From Puia sp. (GTDB lineage Bacteria > Bacteroidota > Bacteroidia > Chitinophagales > Chitinophagaceae): 56,022 nt of DNA. Position 1 is the first letter of the stretch. Every line of letters begins with the position of its first letter. Made by a program: the position numbers and the translations under genes. The notes beneath the pieces were generated by a model that was given only the letters and a program-made list of their open reading frames with translations, was not told where the DNA came from and did not search any database. Location of the stretch: the NCBI GenBank assembly GCA_035508835.1, contig DATJMG010000246.1:1-56022 (forward strand), read 5' to 3'. Of this stretch, positions 17,222-29,047 are shown in pieces.

Positions 17222-20200
17222 TTAACGATTTGAATGAGGATTGGCAACCGGCGCCGGCGCGGCGGCGCGGAGGGCCTTTTTGTAGTCGGTCGGGAAGACC
17301 TTTACGAAATGCTGCAACTGGTTGTCGAAGTCGTCCAGTACGAATTTGGCGACGTTGCTGCCGGTATAGGCGTAATGTCGTTGGATCATGTCTTTCAGTT
17401 CGGCGATATCTTCTGCTTCTACGGGGTCCAGCTCAACCATTTCACGGTTACAGTGTATCGGGAACCTCCCGCGGACGTCATAGACATAGGCGATACCGCC
17501 ACTCATGCCGGCGGCGAAGTTGCGGCCGGTGTTGCCGAGGATGACGATCCGGCCTCCGGTCATGTATTCGCAACCGTGGTCACCTACGCCTTCCACGACG
17601 GCGCGGACACCCGAGTTCCGGACAGCAAACCGTTCGCCGGCTTTACCGCGGATAAAGGCTTCGCCCGAGGTGGCGCCGTAGAAGGCCACGTTGCCGATGA
17701 TGCTGTTCTCTTCGGGGATGAATCCGGCATTTTGTGAAGGGTATACGATCAGTCTTGCGCCGGAGAGACCTTTGCCGAAGTAATCGTTGGCGTCTCCTTC
17801 CAGCTCGAGGCAGACCCCGCGGGTATTGAAGGCGCCGAAGCTCTGACCGGCGGTACCGGTCAGCTTGAAGTGCAGCGTGTCTTCAGGAAGGCCGTGGCCT
17901 TTGTAACGTTTGGAGATCTCGTTGGACAGGATGGTACCCACGGTGCGGTCGGTGTTCCGGATCGGGAATGCCGCGAAGACCTTTTGCCGGTGGTCGAGTG
18001 CAGGCTGGGCGGCTTCCAGCAGTTTCCAGTCAAGGACGTCCGACAGGCCGTGGTCCTGTTCTTCCTGGTGATAGAGGCCGGTGTACATCGAGGCCGGTTC
18101 TTTATAAAGGATCGGCGAGAGGTCGAGTTTACCGTATTTCCAGTGGTCGATGTTTTCGCGCACCTGAAGGCTGTCCACCTGGCCGACCATCTCGTCGATG
18201 GTACGGAAACCCAGCTCGGCCATGATCTCCCGCAGCTCCTGGGTGATGAACTGGAAGAAATTGACCACGTGATCGGCATTGCCCGCGAAGCGTTTCCGCA
18301 ACTCCGGATCCTGCGTGGCGACGCCGACGGGGCAGGTATTCAGATGGCATTTCCGCATCAGGATGCAACCTTCAACGACCAGGGCGGTGGTTGCGAGGCC
18401 CCATTCTTCGGCGCCGAGTAAAGTAGCGATGGCGATATCGCGGCCCGTCTTCATCTGGCCGTCGGCTTGCAGGACAACCCGGCTGCGGAGTTTGTTCCGG
18501 ACGAGTGTTTGATGCGACTCGGCCAATCCCAGTTCCCAGGGCAGGCCCGCGTGGCGGATCGAGCTCAGGGGGGAGGCGCCGGTGCCGCCGTCATGACCGG
18601 AGATGAGGATGACGTCGGATTTTGCCTTTGCGACGCCTGCGGCGATCGTGCCGACGCCGGCTTTGGAAACCAGTTTGACGCTGATGCGGGCGTTGCGGTT
18701 CGCGTTCTTCAGGTCGAAGATCAGCTGTGCGAGGTCTTCGATCGAATAGATATCGTGGTGCGGCGGCGGGGAGATCAGTCCGACGCCTGGCGTCGAGTGC
18801 CTGACTTTTCCGATCCATTCGTCCACCTTGTGGCCGGGGAGCTGGCCGCCTTCGCCGGGCTTCGCGCCCTGGGCCATCTTGATCTGCAGCTCGTCGGCCA
18901 TGGTGAGGTAGTAGCTCGTGACGCCGAAGCGGGCCGAGGCCACCTGCTTGATGGCTGACCGCATGGAGTCGCCGTTTGGCAGCGGCTCGTAGCGCAGTTC
19001 GTCTTCACCGCCTTCGCCGGTATTGCTTTTCCCGCCGAGCCGGTTCATGGCGATGGCGAGGGTAGAGTGGGCTTCGTGGGAGATCGAGCCAAAGGACATG
19101 GCGCCCGTGGCGAAGCGTTTGTAGATGTCCCGTGCCGGTTCGACTTCTTCGAGCGGGATGGAGGGGCGGTTGCGCTTGAAAGTAAGCTGGCTTCTGAGTG
19201 TCGCCGCCTTTTCGCTTTGTTCGTTGACCAGCTTTGAATATTTCCTGAACGTCTCGTAGTCGTTCATCCGGGTGGAGTATTGGAGCAGATGTACGGTGGC
19301 CGGGTTAAAGAGGTGGAATTCGCCTTTGCGCTTCCACTGGTAGATACCGCCGACGGGCAGCCGGTCGACAGGGATATTTTTCCTGCTGAAGGCAAAGAAG
19401 TGTTTGGTAAGCACTTCCTTCGCGATCTCGTCAAGGCCCATGCCTTCGATACGCGAGGTGGCGCCGGTAAAATATTTGTCTACGACTGAGCGGTTGAGGC
19501 CGATGATCTCGAAGATCTGGGCGCCCTGATAGGACTGGAGGGTAGAGATGCCCATTTTCGAGAAGACTTTGAACAGGCCCTCACAGATGGCTTTGATATA
19601 ATTTTTCTTCAGCTCTTCGACGTCGAGGTCGGTCTTCAGCTTATCGGTCAGCTTCAGGTCCCGGATCGTCGAAAGGGCGAGATAGGGGTTGATGGCGGTG
19701 GCGCCGAATCCAATGAGGCAGGCGAAGTGATGCACTTCCCAGACGTCGCCCGCTTCCACGATGATGCCGACCTGGCCGCGATATCCTTTGCGGATGAGGT
19801 GGTGATGGACAGCGGAACATGCCAGGAGCGAAGGGAGGGGTGCGTGGTCCGAGTCGATGGCGCGGTCGGTGAGGATCAGCACTTCAAAACCGTCTTCGAC
19901 GGCATCGACGGCATAGCGGCAAAGGCGGTCGAGGCCTGCCTGCAGGGAGCCGGGTTTACCGTCGGCCCGGAAGTAGGTCTGGAGTGTTTTTGCCTGGAAG
20001 ATGCCGGTATCGATGCTCCGTACTTTTTCCAGCTCATGGTTGCTCAGCACGGGATGTTTGAGGGCGACGGAGTGGCAGGCCAGCGGGTCTTCTTCCAGCA
20101 GGTTGGCGTTGCCGCCGACGAAGCTGGCGAGGGACATGACGAGTCGTTCCCGGATGGGGTCGATGGGTGGGTTGGTCACCTGGGCGAACAGCTGTTTGAA

Positions 20201-21757
20201 ATAGCTGCTCAGGTGTTGCGGCTGGTCGCTAAGGACGGCCAGCGGGACGTCGGTGCCCATCGAGCCCACGGGTTCTTTCCCGTCGAGGCACATCGGTGCG
20301 ATGAGGTTATCGAGGTCTTCGGTGGTATAGCCGAAGGCTTTTTGGTATTTGAAGATCTGGTCGTGTTCGAGGTGGGTGAAAGCGACCCGGGGTTCGGGCA
20401 GTTCTTCCAGCCGGATCTTGTATTTATTCAGCCATTCGGCATAAGGCTGTTGGGAGCAGATCTTCGACTTCAGCTCATCATCGCTGATTATACGCTCTTG
20501 TTCGAGATCAACGATAAACATCTTTCCCGGCTGAAGGCGGCCTTTTTCTATGATGAGGGCCGGGTCGATCGGCAGGACACCGGTCTCCGAGGCCATGATG
20601 ACCCGGTGATCTTTGGTAACACAATAGCGCGAGGGTCTAAGTCCGTTGCGGTCGAGGGTGGCGCCGATGATCTTACCGTCGGTAAAGGAGATCGAGGCCG
20701 GGCCGTCCCAGGGTTCCATGATGGAGGCATGGAATTCATAAAAGGCCTTTTTAACGGGGTCCATCAGTTCGTTGCCGTCCCAGGCTTCGGGGATCAGCAT
20801 CATCATGACATGGGGAAGCGATCGGCCGCAAAGCGTGAGCAATTCGATGACGTTATCGAGGCAGGCGCTGTCGGAAGCTCCTTCGGAAATAATGGGAAGG
20901 AGCATATCCATCTCTTCCTTCGTGAAATAGGGAGTGGTGAATCCCTTTTCGCTCGTCCGCAGCCAGTTCAGGTTGCCTTGCAGCGTATTGATCTCACCGT
21001 TATGTGCTATATATCGGAAAGGCTGGGCCAGTTTCCAGGAAGGGAAGGTATTGGTGGCGAAGCGGGAGTGGATCAGGCCAAAAGCGGAGACCACCCGCTT
21101 GTTGCCCAGGTCCGGGAAATAGTGGCGTACCTGGCCGCTGGTCAATTGGCCCTTATAGACGATGGTTTTATAGGAGAGGGAGGCGACATAGAAGCCGATG
21201 GCGTCTTTTTTGATCGTGTTGTTGATGGTATTGCTCGCATAGTTACGCAACATGAACAGTTTCCGCTCGAAGTTGTCGGGTTGTTTAATATGGTCGGGGC
21301 AGGCGATGAAGACCTGTTCCATCTCGGGCTCCACGGATAAGGCGGTGGGGCCGATGCCCTCCGGGTTGACGGGTACTTTGCGATAGCCCAGGATCTCGAG
21401 GCCCAGCTTTTCGGCGGAGCGGCTGAAAGTATCGCGGCATTCTTCCTTGAGGCGGATGTCACGCGGGAAGAAAAGCATCCCAACACCGTATTTGCCATAG
21501 GCCGGCAGGTGGATGCCGAGCCGGATACACTCGTCGAAGAAGAATTCGTGCGGGATCTGGATCATGATGCCGGCCCCGTCGCCGGTATTGTTCTCACAGC
21601 CACAGGCGCCGCGGTGTTCCATATTTTCCAGGATCGTCAGGGCATCGGAGACGATCTGGTGGGATTTGTTGCTTTTGATGTTTGCCACGAAGCCGATGCC
21701 ACAGGCGTCGCGTTCAAACTCAGGAGAGTAAAGTCCGATGTCTTTCTTAACCATCAT
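17222..21757 (-). CDS. gltB: Glutamate synthase large subunit
   Basis: ERDACGIGF (Ntn cysteine), [58 protein letters not shown]; start 21757 or 21754. Confidence 0.97.
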   Translation of the reverse strand: MMVKKDIGLYSPEFERDACGIGFVANIKSNKSHQIVSDALTILENMEHRGACGCENNTGDGAGIMIQIPHEFFFDECIRLGIHLPAYGKYGVGMLFFPRDIRLKEECRDTFSRSAEKLGLEILGYRKVPVNPEGIGPTALSVEPEMEQVFIACPDHIKQPDNFERKLFMLRNYASNTINNTIKKDAIGFYVASLSYKTIVYKGQLTSGQVRHYFPDLGNKRVVSAFGLIHSRFATNTFPSWKLAQPFRYIAHNGEINTLQGNLNWLRTSEKGFTTPYFTKEEMDMLLPIISEGASDSACLDNVIELLTLCGRSLPHVMMMLIPEAWDGNELMDPVKKAFYEFHASIMEPWDGPASISFTDGKIIGATLDRNGLRPSRYCVTKDHRVIMASETGVLPIDPALIIEKGRLQPGKMFIVDLEQERIISDDELKSKICSQQPYAEWLNKYKIRLEELPEPRVAFTHLEHDQIFKYQKAFGYTTEDLDNLIAPMCLDGKEPVGSMGTDVPLAVLSDQPQHLSSYFKQLFAQVTNPPIDPIRERLVMSLASFVGGNANLLEEDPLACHSVALKHPVLSNHELEKVRSIDTGIFQAKTLQTYFRADGKPGSLQAGLDRLCRYAVDAVEDGFEVLILTDRAIDSDHAPLPSLLACSAVHHHLIRKGYRGQVGIIVEAGDVWEVHHFACLIGFGATAINPYLALSTIRDLKLTDKLKTDLDVEELKKNYIKAICEGLFKVFSKMGISTLQSYQGAQIFEIIGLNRSVVDKYFTGATSRIEGMGLDEIAKEVLTKHFFAFSRKNIPVDRLPVGGIYQWKRKGEFHLFNPATVHLLQYSTRMNDYETFRKYSKLVNEQSEKAATLRSQLTFKRNRPSIPLEEVEPARDIYKRFATGAMSFGSISHEAHSTLAIAMNRLGGKSNTGEGGEDELRYEPLPNGDSMRSAIKQVASARFGVTSYYLTMADELQIKMAQGAKPGEGGQLPGHKVDEWIGKVRHSTPGVGLISPPPHHDIYSIEDLAQLIFDLKNANRNARISVKLVSKAGVGTIAAGVAKAKSDVILISGHDGGTGASPLSSIRHAGLPWELGLAESHQTLVRNKLRSRVVLQADGQMKTGRDIAIATLLGAEEWGLATTALVVEGCILMRKCHLNTCPVGVATQDPELRKRFAGNADHVVNFFQFITQELREIMAELGFRTIDEMVGQVDSLQVRENIDHWKYGKLDLSPILYKEPASMYTGLYHQEEQDHGLSDVLDWKLLEAAQPALDHRQKVFAAFPIRNTDRTVGTILSNEISKRYKGHGLPEDTLHFKLTGTAGQSFGAFNTRGVCLELEGDANDYFGKGLSGARLIVYPSQNAGFIPEENSIIGNVAFYGATSGEAFIRGKAGERFAVRNSGVRAVVEGVGDHGCEYMTGGRIVILGNTGRNFAAGMSGGIAYVYDVRGRFPIHCNREMVELDPVEAEDIAELKDMIQRHYAYTGSNVAKFVLDDFDNQLQHFVKVFPTDYKKALRAAAPAPVANPHSNR

Positions 21758-21839
21758 TAACAGCAATATTAGACGTTATTCAAAAAAATACCCTAATTCT
21801 TAGATTTTCCTATGGCATTGGTTACGGTTCCCTATAAAA

Positions 21840-23123
21840 TTACACTAAATATCCGAATAATGTGTCATTTTTGTTCAATTCGGTATAGGTGATATTATGC
21901 AGGGCTAATTTATTCAGCAGCTTCTGATAATCCTCTTTGGAAGACAGCTCGATGCCGACGAGGGCCGGGCCGGTTTCCTTGTTGTGTTTCTGCATGTATT
22001 CGAAGCGGGTGATGTCGTCATCGGGTCCGAGGACATGGTTGACGAATTCCTTCAGGGCGCCGGGGCGTTGGGCGAAGCGGATCAGGAAGTAATGTTTCAG
22101 GCCCTCATATTGCAGCGAGCGTTCTTTGATCTCCTGCATGCGGTCGATGTCGTTATTGCTGCCGCTCACGACGCAGACGACGGTTTTGCCTTTTATCGCT
22201 TCCGCGTAGTCATCGAGGGCGGCGATGCTCAGGGCGCCGGCGGGTTCCACTACGATGGCGTCTTCGTTATAGAGTTTCAGGATGGTCGAGCAGGCTTTCC
22301 CTTCGGGTACGAGGTGCATGTCATCGAGGACTTCGCGGCAGATACTGTAGGTAAGGTCGCCCACTCTTTTGACGGCCGCACCGTCGATGAAGCGGTCGAT
22401 GTTTTCGAGTGTCACGGGGTGGCCGTTCCGGAAGGCGGTCAGCATGGAGGGGGCGCCTTCGGGTTCCAGGCCGATGATCTTTGTTTTCGGCGAGAAGGTT
22501 TTGAAGTAGGTACCTGCACCGGAGGCCAGGCCGCCCCCGCCGACGGGGACGAAGAGGTAGTCTATGTCGGGCAGGTCTTCAAGGATCTCTACGGCTACGG
22601 TCCCCTGGCCTTCAATGATGCGAAGGTCTTCGAAGGGCGGGATGAAGGTCATGCCGTGTTCTTTGGTGTACTGGATGGCAGCGGTATTGCAGTCGTCGAA
22701 GGTGTCACCGGTCAGGATGATCTCGATATTATTCTCCCCGAACATGCGCGTCTGGTTGATCTTTTGTCGCGGGGTGATGATCGGCATGAAGACCACGCCT
22801 TTGACGTCGAGCTTATGACAGGAGTAGGCGAATCCCTGGGCGTGGTTGCCGGCGCTGGCGCAGACCACGCCATTGCGGAGCAGGTCTTCGGGGAGGCTGC
22901 TCATCATGTTGTAGGCGCCGCGGAGTTTGTAGCTTCTTACGACTTGCAGGTCTTCTCGTTTGAGGAAGACGCGGCATGCGAATTTGCGGGAGAGGCGCTG
23001 GTTAAACGCCAGCGGGGTACGGGTCACGACTTTGCTGAGCCGCTTCGCGGCGGCGGTGAAATCTAATTCCCGGTCTTTTGCGAGACCGGGTTCTGGAATT
23101 GAGTTGTTATGCGACTGGTTCAC
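21840..23123 (-). CDS. ilvA: Threonine ammonia-lyase (biosynthetic, single ACT domain)
   Basis: KREDLQVVRSYKLRGA, ASAGNHAQG, PVGGGGL, EPAGAL, QRPGAL; GTG start overlaps ilvC end, exact start uncertain. Confidence 0.95.
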   Translation of the reverse strand: MNQSHNNSIPEPGLAKDRELDFTAAAKRLSKVVTRTPLAFNQRLSRKFACRVFLKREDLQVVRSYKLRGAYNMMSSLPEDLLRNGVVCASAGNHAQGFAYSCHKLDVKGVVFMPIITPRQKINQTRMFGENNIEIILTGDTFDDCNTAAIQYTKEHGMTFIPPFEDLRIIEGQGTVAVEILEDLPDIDYLFVPVGGGGLASGAGTYFKTFSPKTKIIGLEPEGAPSMLTAFRNGHPVTLENIDRFIDGAAVKRVGDLTYSICREVLDDMHLVPEGKACSTILKLYNEDAIVVEPAGALSIAALDDYAEAIKGKTVVCVVSGSNNDIDRMQEIKERSLQYEGLKHYFLIRFAQRPGALKEFVNHVLGPDDDITRFEYMQKHNKETGPALVGIELSSKEDYQKLLNKLALHNITYTELNKNDTLFGYLV

Positions 23124-24201
23124 TTTTCACTGATTTTTGGGTGGAGCCTCCCACGGGTTGATTTTCGGGCCGAAGGCTGCGGACGGTCTTACCGGCTTGC
23201 CAGAGTTCGCTTTCGCGCAGCTCTTTCAGTTCCGCCTCGAGTTTTTCGCGGTAGTCGGGCCGGCTGTTGGAATCGATGGAGCGTTGGGATTCCTTACCGG
23301 CGGCTACGCTTTCGTAGAGTTCGGTGAAAACAGGCAGTGTAGCATCGCGGAAGCGTTTCCACCAGTCGAGGGCGCCCCTTTGTGCGGTGGTGGAACAGTT
23401 CGCATACATCCAATCCATGCCATTTTCGGCGACCAGCGGCATCAGGGACTGGGTAAGTTCTTCTACTGTTTCGTTGAAGGCTTCCGATGGGGTGTGGCCT
23501 TTCTTGCGGAGCACTTCATACTGTGCGGCGAAAATGCCCTGAATGGCGCCCATGAGGGTGCCGCGTTCTCCGGTCAGATCGCTGTATACTTCCTTTCTGA
23601 AGTCGGTTTCGAAAAGGTATCCGCTGCCGACGGCGATGCCGAGGGCGATGACGCGGTCTTTTGCTTTTCCGGTGGCGTCCTGGAAGATGGCATAGCTGCT
23701 GTTGAGACCGCGGCCCTGGAGGAACATCCTTCTGAGCGAGGTGCCTGAGCCTTTGGGTGCGACGAGGAAGACGTCGACATCTTTTGGCGGGATGATCCCG
23801 GTTTGTTCGTTGAAGGTGATGCCGAAGCCATGGGAGAAGTAGAGTGCTTTGCCGGGCGTGAGGTGTTTCTTCACCGTCGGCCACAGCTGGATCTGGGCGG
23901 CGTCGCTGAGCAGGTAGCAAATAATGGTGCCGCGTTGCAGTGCTTCTTCGATCTCGAAGAGGGTTTCGCCCGGCACAAAACCGTCGCGTACGGCTTTATC
24001 CCAGGTTTTGGAGTTTTTCCGTTGACCTACTATGACGTTGATGCCGTTGTCTTTTTGGTTGAGTGCCTGGCCGGGGCCCTGGACGCCGTAGCCGATGACC
24101 GCGATGGTTTCGTTTGCCAATACTTGTTGAGCCTTCGCGAGCGGGAATTCTTCGCGGGTCACTACGTTTTCTTCAACTCCGCCGAAATTTAGTTTTGCCA
24201 T
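23107..24201 (-). CDS. ilvC: Ketol-acid reductoisomerase
   Basis: IAVIGYGVQG, FSHGF, VAPKGSG, SDLTGERGTLMG, NCSTTAQRGA. Confidence 0.96.
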   Translation of the reverse strand: MAKLNFGGVEENVVTREEFPLAKAQQVLANETIAVIGYGVQGPGQALNQKDNGINVIVGQRKNSKTWDKAVRDGFVPGETLFEIEEALQRGTIICYLLSDAAQIQLWPTVKKHLTPGKALYFSHGFGITFNEQTGIIPPKDVDVFLVAPKGSGTSLRRMFLQGRGLNSSYAIFQDATGKAKDRVIALGIAVGSGYLFETDFRKEVYSDLTGERGTLMGAIQGIFAAQYEVLRKKGHTPSEAFNETVEELTQSLMPLVAENGMDWMYANCSTTAQRGALDWWKRFRDATLPVFTELYESVAAGKESQRSIDSNSRPDYREKLEAELKELRESELWQAGKTVRSLRPENQPVGGSTQKSVKSEPVA

Positions 24202-24211
24202 GGTTTGTTTT

Positions 24212-24808
24212 TTACATTGAAAAGACTTGGTCTTGTTTATCTAAAAATTCGTTCTCTATGAGCTCTTCGCCGGGTTCGGTCAGCTCGAACTCTTTCAGTT
24301 TTTCATGAAAGCCGCTGGAGTCCTTGATGATGGCGATGCGGGCGCTGCGAACGAATTCGATGAGGCCGAGGGGTTCCAGGAAGGTGATCAGGCGGTCAGT
24401 CTCTTCGCGCTGGCCGGTGGTCTCGAAGACGGTATAGTCTTTCCGGATGACGACGGCGCGGGCGCCGTATTCGCGGAGGAGGCGTTCGACCTTTACTTTT
24501 TCGGCGATCTCGTCGGTAGACACCTTATAAAGGGCCATTTCCTGCCAGATGATCTCTTCGTTGGTGTTAAAATAGGCTTTGAGGATATCTACCTGCTTCT
24601 CCAGCTGGCGGCAGAGTTTCCGCACTACTTCTTCCGTCTCATTGATCACGATGGTAAAGCGGTGGATGCCTTCTACTTCGGTGGGAGAGGTATTCAGGCT
24701 TTCGATATTGATCTTCCGCCGGGAGAACAGAATGGCGATGCGGTTGATCAGGCCGATCTGGTTCTCGGTGTAGACGGTAATCGTATATTCCTGCTTGATG
24801 CTTGTCAT
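24212..24808 (-). CDS. ilvN: Acetolactate synthase small (regulatory) subunit
   Basis: ENQIGLINRI..LFSRRKINIESL ACT domain, QLEKQVD, IEFVRS. Confidence 0.93.
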   Translation of the reverse strand: MTSIKQEYTITVYTENQIGLINRIAILFSRRKINIESLNTSPTEVEGIHRFTIVINETEEVVRKLCRQLEKQVDILKAYFNTNEEIIWQEMALYKVSTDEIAEKVKVERLLREYGARAVVIRKDYTVFETTGQREETDRLITFLEPLGLIEFVRSARIAIIKDSSGFHEKLKEFELTEPGEELIENEFLDKQDQVFSM

Positions 24809-24818
24809 GATCGTTGAT

Positions 24819-25598
24819 TTAATATTGTTTGAATGCTTCGATCCGTAATCTCTTATAGTCAGCGAACCAGGTATGGTTTTTATAGTGGGTCGGTTTCAGC
24901 ATATCCTGGATCTCTTCGAGGATGTCGCCCGCCTGGTCTTCGGGGATGTCGTTGAAAAATGCGCTGCCGAACATGCGCAGCCAGTCTTTGATGCCGTTTT
25001 CGGTGTCCTGCAATTCCGTCGGCCGGTCGAAGTGAGCGGCGAACTGGATCCGGAAGCCGCGGCGTTCGAGAAGGGTGGTATACTCCGCCAGGGAGGGAAA
25101 GTACCAGACCTGGGCGGCGGCATTGCTGTAATACCCATGGCGGGTCAGCGCCTTGCGGGTGGCGACGAGAACACCTTCGATGTTTCCTTTGCCGCCCATT
25201 TCGAGTACGAGGCGGCCGCCGGGACGCAGGGCATGATAGATGTTGCCGATGGCCGCATCCTTATCGAGGACCCAGTGGAGTACCGCGTTGGAAAAGACCG
25301 CATCGAATGACGTATCGAAGTGAAAGTCGGTGGCGGGCAGCACGCGGAAGTCGAGGTCGGGGTAGGCGGCCTGAGCTCTTTCGATCATTGCCGGTGATTT
25401 GTCGATGCCGATGACGCGGGCGCCGGCCTGGGCAATGAGGTTAGTCAGGAAGCCGGTACCGCAGCCAAGGTCGAGTATCCGCTCTCCCTGGCGGGGGTTG
25501 AGTAGCTGAACGACATCCTCACCGAATTTGAAGACAAAATTATGTTTGTCGTCATAGAGGCGGGCGTTCCATTTCATATCGTTGGTGGTGGCAGCCAT
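24819..25598 (-). CDS. Class I SAM-dependent methyltransferase (trans-aconitate methyltransferase-like)
   Basis: W....Y N-terminus, ILDLGCGTG, GIDKSPAMI, FDAVFSNAVLHW, LRPGGRL, ADYKRLR. Confidence 0.88.
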   Translation of the reverse strand: MAATTNDMKWNARLYDDKHNFVFKFGEDVVQLLNPRQGERILDLGCGTGFLTNLIAQAGARVIGIDKSPAMIERAQAAYPDLDFRVLPATDFHFDTSFDAVFSNAVLHWVLDKDAAIGNIYHALRPGGRLVLEMGGKGNIEGVLVATRKALTRHGYYSNAAAQVWYFPSLAEYTTLLERRGFRIQFAAHFDRPTELQDTENGIKDWLRMFGSAFFNDIPEDQAGDILEEIQDMLKPTHYKNHTWFADYKRLRIEAFKQY

Positions 25599-25603
25599 TT
25601 TTG

Positions 25604-27349
25604 TTATTTTAACCGGATCTCGCTTACGCTGCAGCCCTGGGGTACCATGGGGAAAACGTTATTTTCCTTGCCGGTGAAGACTTCCAGCAGATATGATCCC
25701 TGATGATCGAGCATGGTCTTCAAGGCGGATTTGAGTTGAGTGCGGTCGCTGATGCTGTTGCCTTCGATGTGATAGGCACCCGCGAGGGTGACGAAGTCGG
25801 GGCTGGTGATATCCACGAAGGAATAGCGTTTATCGTGAAAAAGTTGTTGCCATTGGCGGACCATACCGAGGAAGCGGTTGTTGAGGATCAGGATTTTGAC
25901 GTCCACGTCGAACTGCATGATCGTGCCCAACTCTTGCAGGGTCATCTGGAAACCTCCATCGCCAATGATGGCGACGACCGTGCGCTCACGTGCGCCAAAT
26001 TTGGCGCCGATGGCGGCGGGCAGCCCAAAGCCCATGGTACCGAGGCCGCCGGAGGTGACATTGCTTTTGGATCGCTTGAACGTTGCGTAGCGGCAGGCCA
26101 CCATTTGGTGCTGGCCCACGTCGGTCACGATGACCGCATTCCCGCCTGTGAGGGCGTTGAGTTCGCGGATCACCTCGCCCATGGTCAGTTCGCCGGCGGA
26201 AGGACTGAGCTCGTCCTTGATGACCGCGTCGAATTCCTGTTGGTAGAGATCCCTGAATCGTTGCAGCCATTGAGGATGGGTCTTCTTCTGGATCTTTTCC
26301 GTCAACAGGGGAAGGGTCTCTTTGCAATCGCCCCAGACCGGGACGGTTGTTTTGACGTTCTTGTCAATTTCCGAGGGGTCGATATCGAGGTGGATAACCT
26401 TTGCTTGTTTGGCATATTTGTCGAGGCGGCCGGTGACGCGGTCGTCAAAGCGCATCCCGATGGCGATCAGGACGTCGCAATCATTCGTAAGGACGTTGGG
26501 GCCATAGTTACCGTGCATACCTAGCATCCCCACGTTGAGGGGGTGGCTGGTCGGCAGGGCGCTAAGGCCGAGGATGGTCCATGCTGCGGGAATACCGCTT
26601 TTTTCCACAAAGGCCCTCAACTCCTCTTCTGCCTTGCCGAGGATGATCCCCTGGCCAAAAACGATAAAGGGGCGCTCCGCTTCGTTGATCAGCTGTGCGG
26701 CCTTGTCGATATATTCTTTCCGGACGATCGGTTTTGGCCGATAGCTGCGGATATGCTGGCAGCGGGCATAACCTTCGTAGCTGAATTTTTGCAGCTGCGC
26801 ATTCTTGGTGATGTCGATGAGGACAGGCCCGGGGCGGCCGCTGCCGGCGATATAGAAGGCTTTGGCCAGGACGGAAGGGATTTCCGTTGCGTCGGTGACC
26901 TGGTAATTCCATTTGGTCACGGGTGTGGTGATATTGATCACGTCTGTTTCCTGGAAGGCGTCGGTGCCAAGGAGGTGGGCGAAGACCTGGCCGGTGATGC
27001 AAACGACGGGTGTGCTGTCGATCATGGCGTCGGCGAGACCGGTAACGAGGTTGGTTGCGCCGGGGCCGCTGGTGGCGAATACGACGCCGGTCCGGCCGGA
27101 AGTCCGTGCGAAGCCTTGTGCGGCGTGGATGGCGCCTTGCTCGTGGCGGACGAGGATATGGTTGAGTTTGTCGCGGTAGTCATACAGTGCGTCGTAAATC
27201 GGCATGATCGCGCCGCCGGGATAACCGAAGATGGTGTCGACGCCTTCGGCCAAAAAGGATTCCAGCACCGCGGCCGACCCGCTCAATTCTCGCGGGGCGG
27301 CTTTTTTGGTGGTTTTGGGTTTTGGCGGAGCGGATGTGAGGTGGCTCAT
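25604..27349 (-). CDS. ilvB: Acetolactate synthase large subunit
   Basis: FGYPGGA, RHEQGA, TSGPGATN, DAFQE, MLGMHG, RFDDRVTG, GDGGFQM...NNRFLGMVRQWQ. Confidence 0.97.
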   Translation of the reverse strand: MSHLTSAPPKPKTTKKAAPRELSGSAAVLESFLAEGVDTIFGYPGGAIMPIYDALYDYRDKLNHILVRHEQGAIHAAQGFARTSGRTGVVFATSGPGATNLVTGLADAMIDSTPVVCITGQVFAHLLGTDAFQETDVINITTPVTKWNYQVTDATEIPSVLAKAFYIAGSGRPGPVLIDITKNAQLQKFSYEGYARCQHIRSYRPKPIVRKEYIDKAAQLINEAERPFIVFGQGIILGKAEEELRAFVEKSGIPAAWTILGLSALPTSHPLNVGMLGMHGNYGPNVLTNDCDVLIAIGMRFDDRVTGRLDKYAKQAKVIHLDIDPSEIDKNVKTTVPVWGDCKETLPLLTEKIQKKTHPQWLQRFRDLYQQEFDAVIKDELSPSAGELTMGEVIRELNALTGGNAVIVTDVGQHQMVACRYATFKRSKSNVTSGGLGTMGFGLPAAIGAKFGARERTVVAIIGDGGFQMTLQELGTIMQFDVDVKILILNNRFLGMVRQWQQLFHDKRYSFVDITSPDFVTLAGAYHIEGNSISDRTQLKSALKTMLDHQGSYLLEVFTGKENNVFPMVPQGCSVSEIRLK

Positions 27350-27360
27350 ATAAATAAGTT

Positions 27361-29040
27361 TTAGATTTCGTCTGTTACGCAGCCTTCGGCGGCGGTTTTT
27401 ACCTGACGGGCATATTTGAACAGGATGCCGTTAGCGGCCTTGAGGGCAGGCTGTTTCCAGGCTGCTTTTCTTTTGGCTAGGTCGGCATCGGCTATTTTCA
27501 ACGTGATCGTATTCTTTTTTGCATCGAGTTCGATGATATCGTCATCATGGACCAGGGCGATACCGCCGCCTTCATAGGCTTCAGGGGTGATATGGCCGAC
27601 GACGAAGCCGTGGGTACCGCCGCTAAAGCGCCCGTCGGTGATCAGGGCCACACTTTTGCCGAGACCGGCGCCGATGATCGCCGAGGTAGGTTTGAGCATT
27701 TCGGGCATTCCGGGGGCGCCTTTGGGCCCGACATAGCGGATGACCACGACGTCTCCGGGGCGGATCTTGCCGGTGTTGATCCCGGCGATCAATTCATGTT
27801 CGCCGTCGAAGACGCGGGCCGGGCCTTCAAACCGTTCCCCTTCTTTTCCGCTGATCTTGGCGACGCTGCCGCCTTCGGCCAGGTTTCCATAGAGGATCTG
27901 GAGATGGCCGGTGGCTTTGATCGGATTGTCGAGCCGGCGGATGATGTCTTGTTTTGAAAAGTCGAGGGGTGGGACGGTTCCCAGGTTTTCCGCGACGGTT
28001 TTCCCTGTGACGGTCAGGCAGCGGCCGTGCAGCAGCCCGTTGTCGAGAAGGTATTTCATCACTGCGGGGATGCCCCCGTGTTCGTGGAGGTCCTGCATCA
28101 GGTATTTGCCGCTTGGCTTGAAGTCAGCGAGAACGGGGACCCGGTTGCTGACCTTCTGGAAATCGTCCTGGTCCAATGGGACGCCGACGCTGCGGGCCAT
28201 CGCGATGAGATGCAGGACGGCATTGGTGCTGCCGCCCAGGACCATGATCACGGTGATGGCATTCTCGAAGGCTTCCCTGGTCATGATGTCGCGGGGTTTG
28301 ATGTCCTTTTCCATCAGCAGGCGGATGGCGGCGCCGGCGGTCTCGCACTCTTTCTTTTTTTCCGCGCTGAGGGCCGGGTTGGATGACGAGTAGGGAAGGC
28401 TCATCCCGAGGGCTTCGATGGCGGCGGCCATGGTGTTGGCGGTATACATACCGCCGCAGGCGCCTGCGCCGGGACAGGAATTCATGACGATACCCTTGAA
28501 GTCTGCGTCGCTCAGTTTACCCGCGATCTTTTGGCCGAGGGCTTCAAAGGAGGAGATGATATTGAGGTCCTGGCCCTTATAATGGCCCGGCGCGATAGTG
28601 CCGCCATAGACCATGATCGCGGGGCGGTTGAGGCGGCCCATGGCGATGATGGAGCCCGGCATATTTTTATCGCAGCCGGGAAGGGCGATGAGGGAATCAT
28701 AGTATTGGGCGCCGCAGACGGCTTCGATGGAGTCGGCAATGATATCGCGGCTGACGAGCGAGTAACGCATGCCGTCGGTGCCGTTGGCCATGCCGTCGCT
28801 CACGCCGATGGTATTGAAGATGAGGCCGACGAGGTCGGAGTCCCACACACCTCTTTTGACGATTTGTGCAAGGTCGTTGAGGTGCATATTGCAGGTGTTG
28901 CCGTCGTATCCCATGGATACGATCCCTACCTGTGCTTTCGCAAGGTCAGTGTCTGTCAATCCGATGCCGTACAACATGGCCTGTGCGGCGGGTTGTGTCG
29001 TGTCCTGGGTAAGTGTCTTGCTGTACTTGTTAAGTTCCAT
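27361..29040 (-). CDS. ilvD: Dihydroxy-acid dehydratase
   Basis: Start moved to ATG 29040 (MELNKYS); [54 protein letters not shown]. Confidence 0.97.
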   Translation of the reverse strand: MELNKYSKTLTQDTTQPAAQAMLYGIGLTDTDLAKAQVGIVSMGYDGNTCNMHLNDLAQIVKRGVWDSDLVGLIFNTIGVSDGMANGTDGMRYSLVSRDIIADSIEAVCGAQYYDSLIALPGCDKNMPGSIIAMGRLNRPAIMVYGGTIAPGHYKGQDLNIISSFEALGQKIAGKLSDADFKGIVMNSCPGAGACGGMYTANTMAAAIEALGMSLPYSSSNPALSAEKKKECETAGAAIRLLMEKDIKPRDIMTREAFENAITVIMVLGGSTNAVLHLIAMARSVGVPLDQDDFQKVSNRVPVLADFKPSGKYLMQDLHEHGGIPAVMKYLLDNGLLHGRCLTVTGKTVAENLGTVPPLDFSKQDIIRRLDNPIKATGHLQILYGNLAEGGSVAKISGKEGERFEGPARVFDGEHELIAGINTGKIRPGDVVVIRYVGPKGAPGMPEMLKPTSAIIGAGLGKSVALITDGRFSGGTHGFVVGHITPEAYEGGGIALVHDDDIIELDAKKNTITLKIADADLAKRKAAWKQPALKAANGILFKYARQVKTAAEGCVTDEI

Positions 29041-29047
29041 TCTTTTG

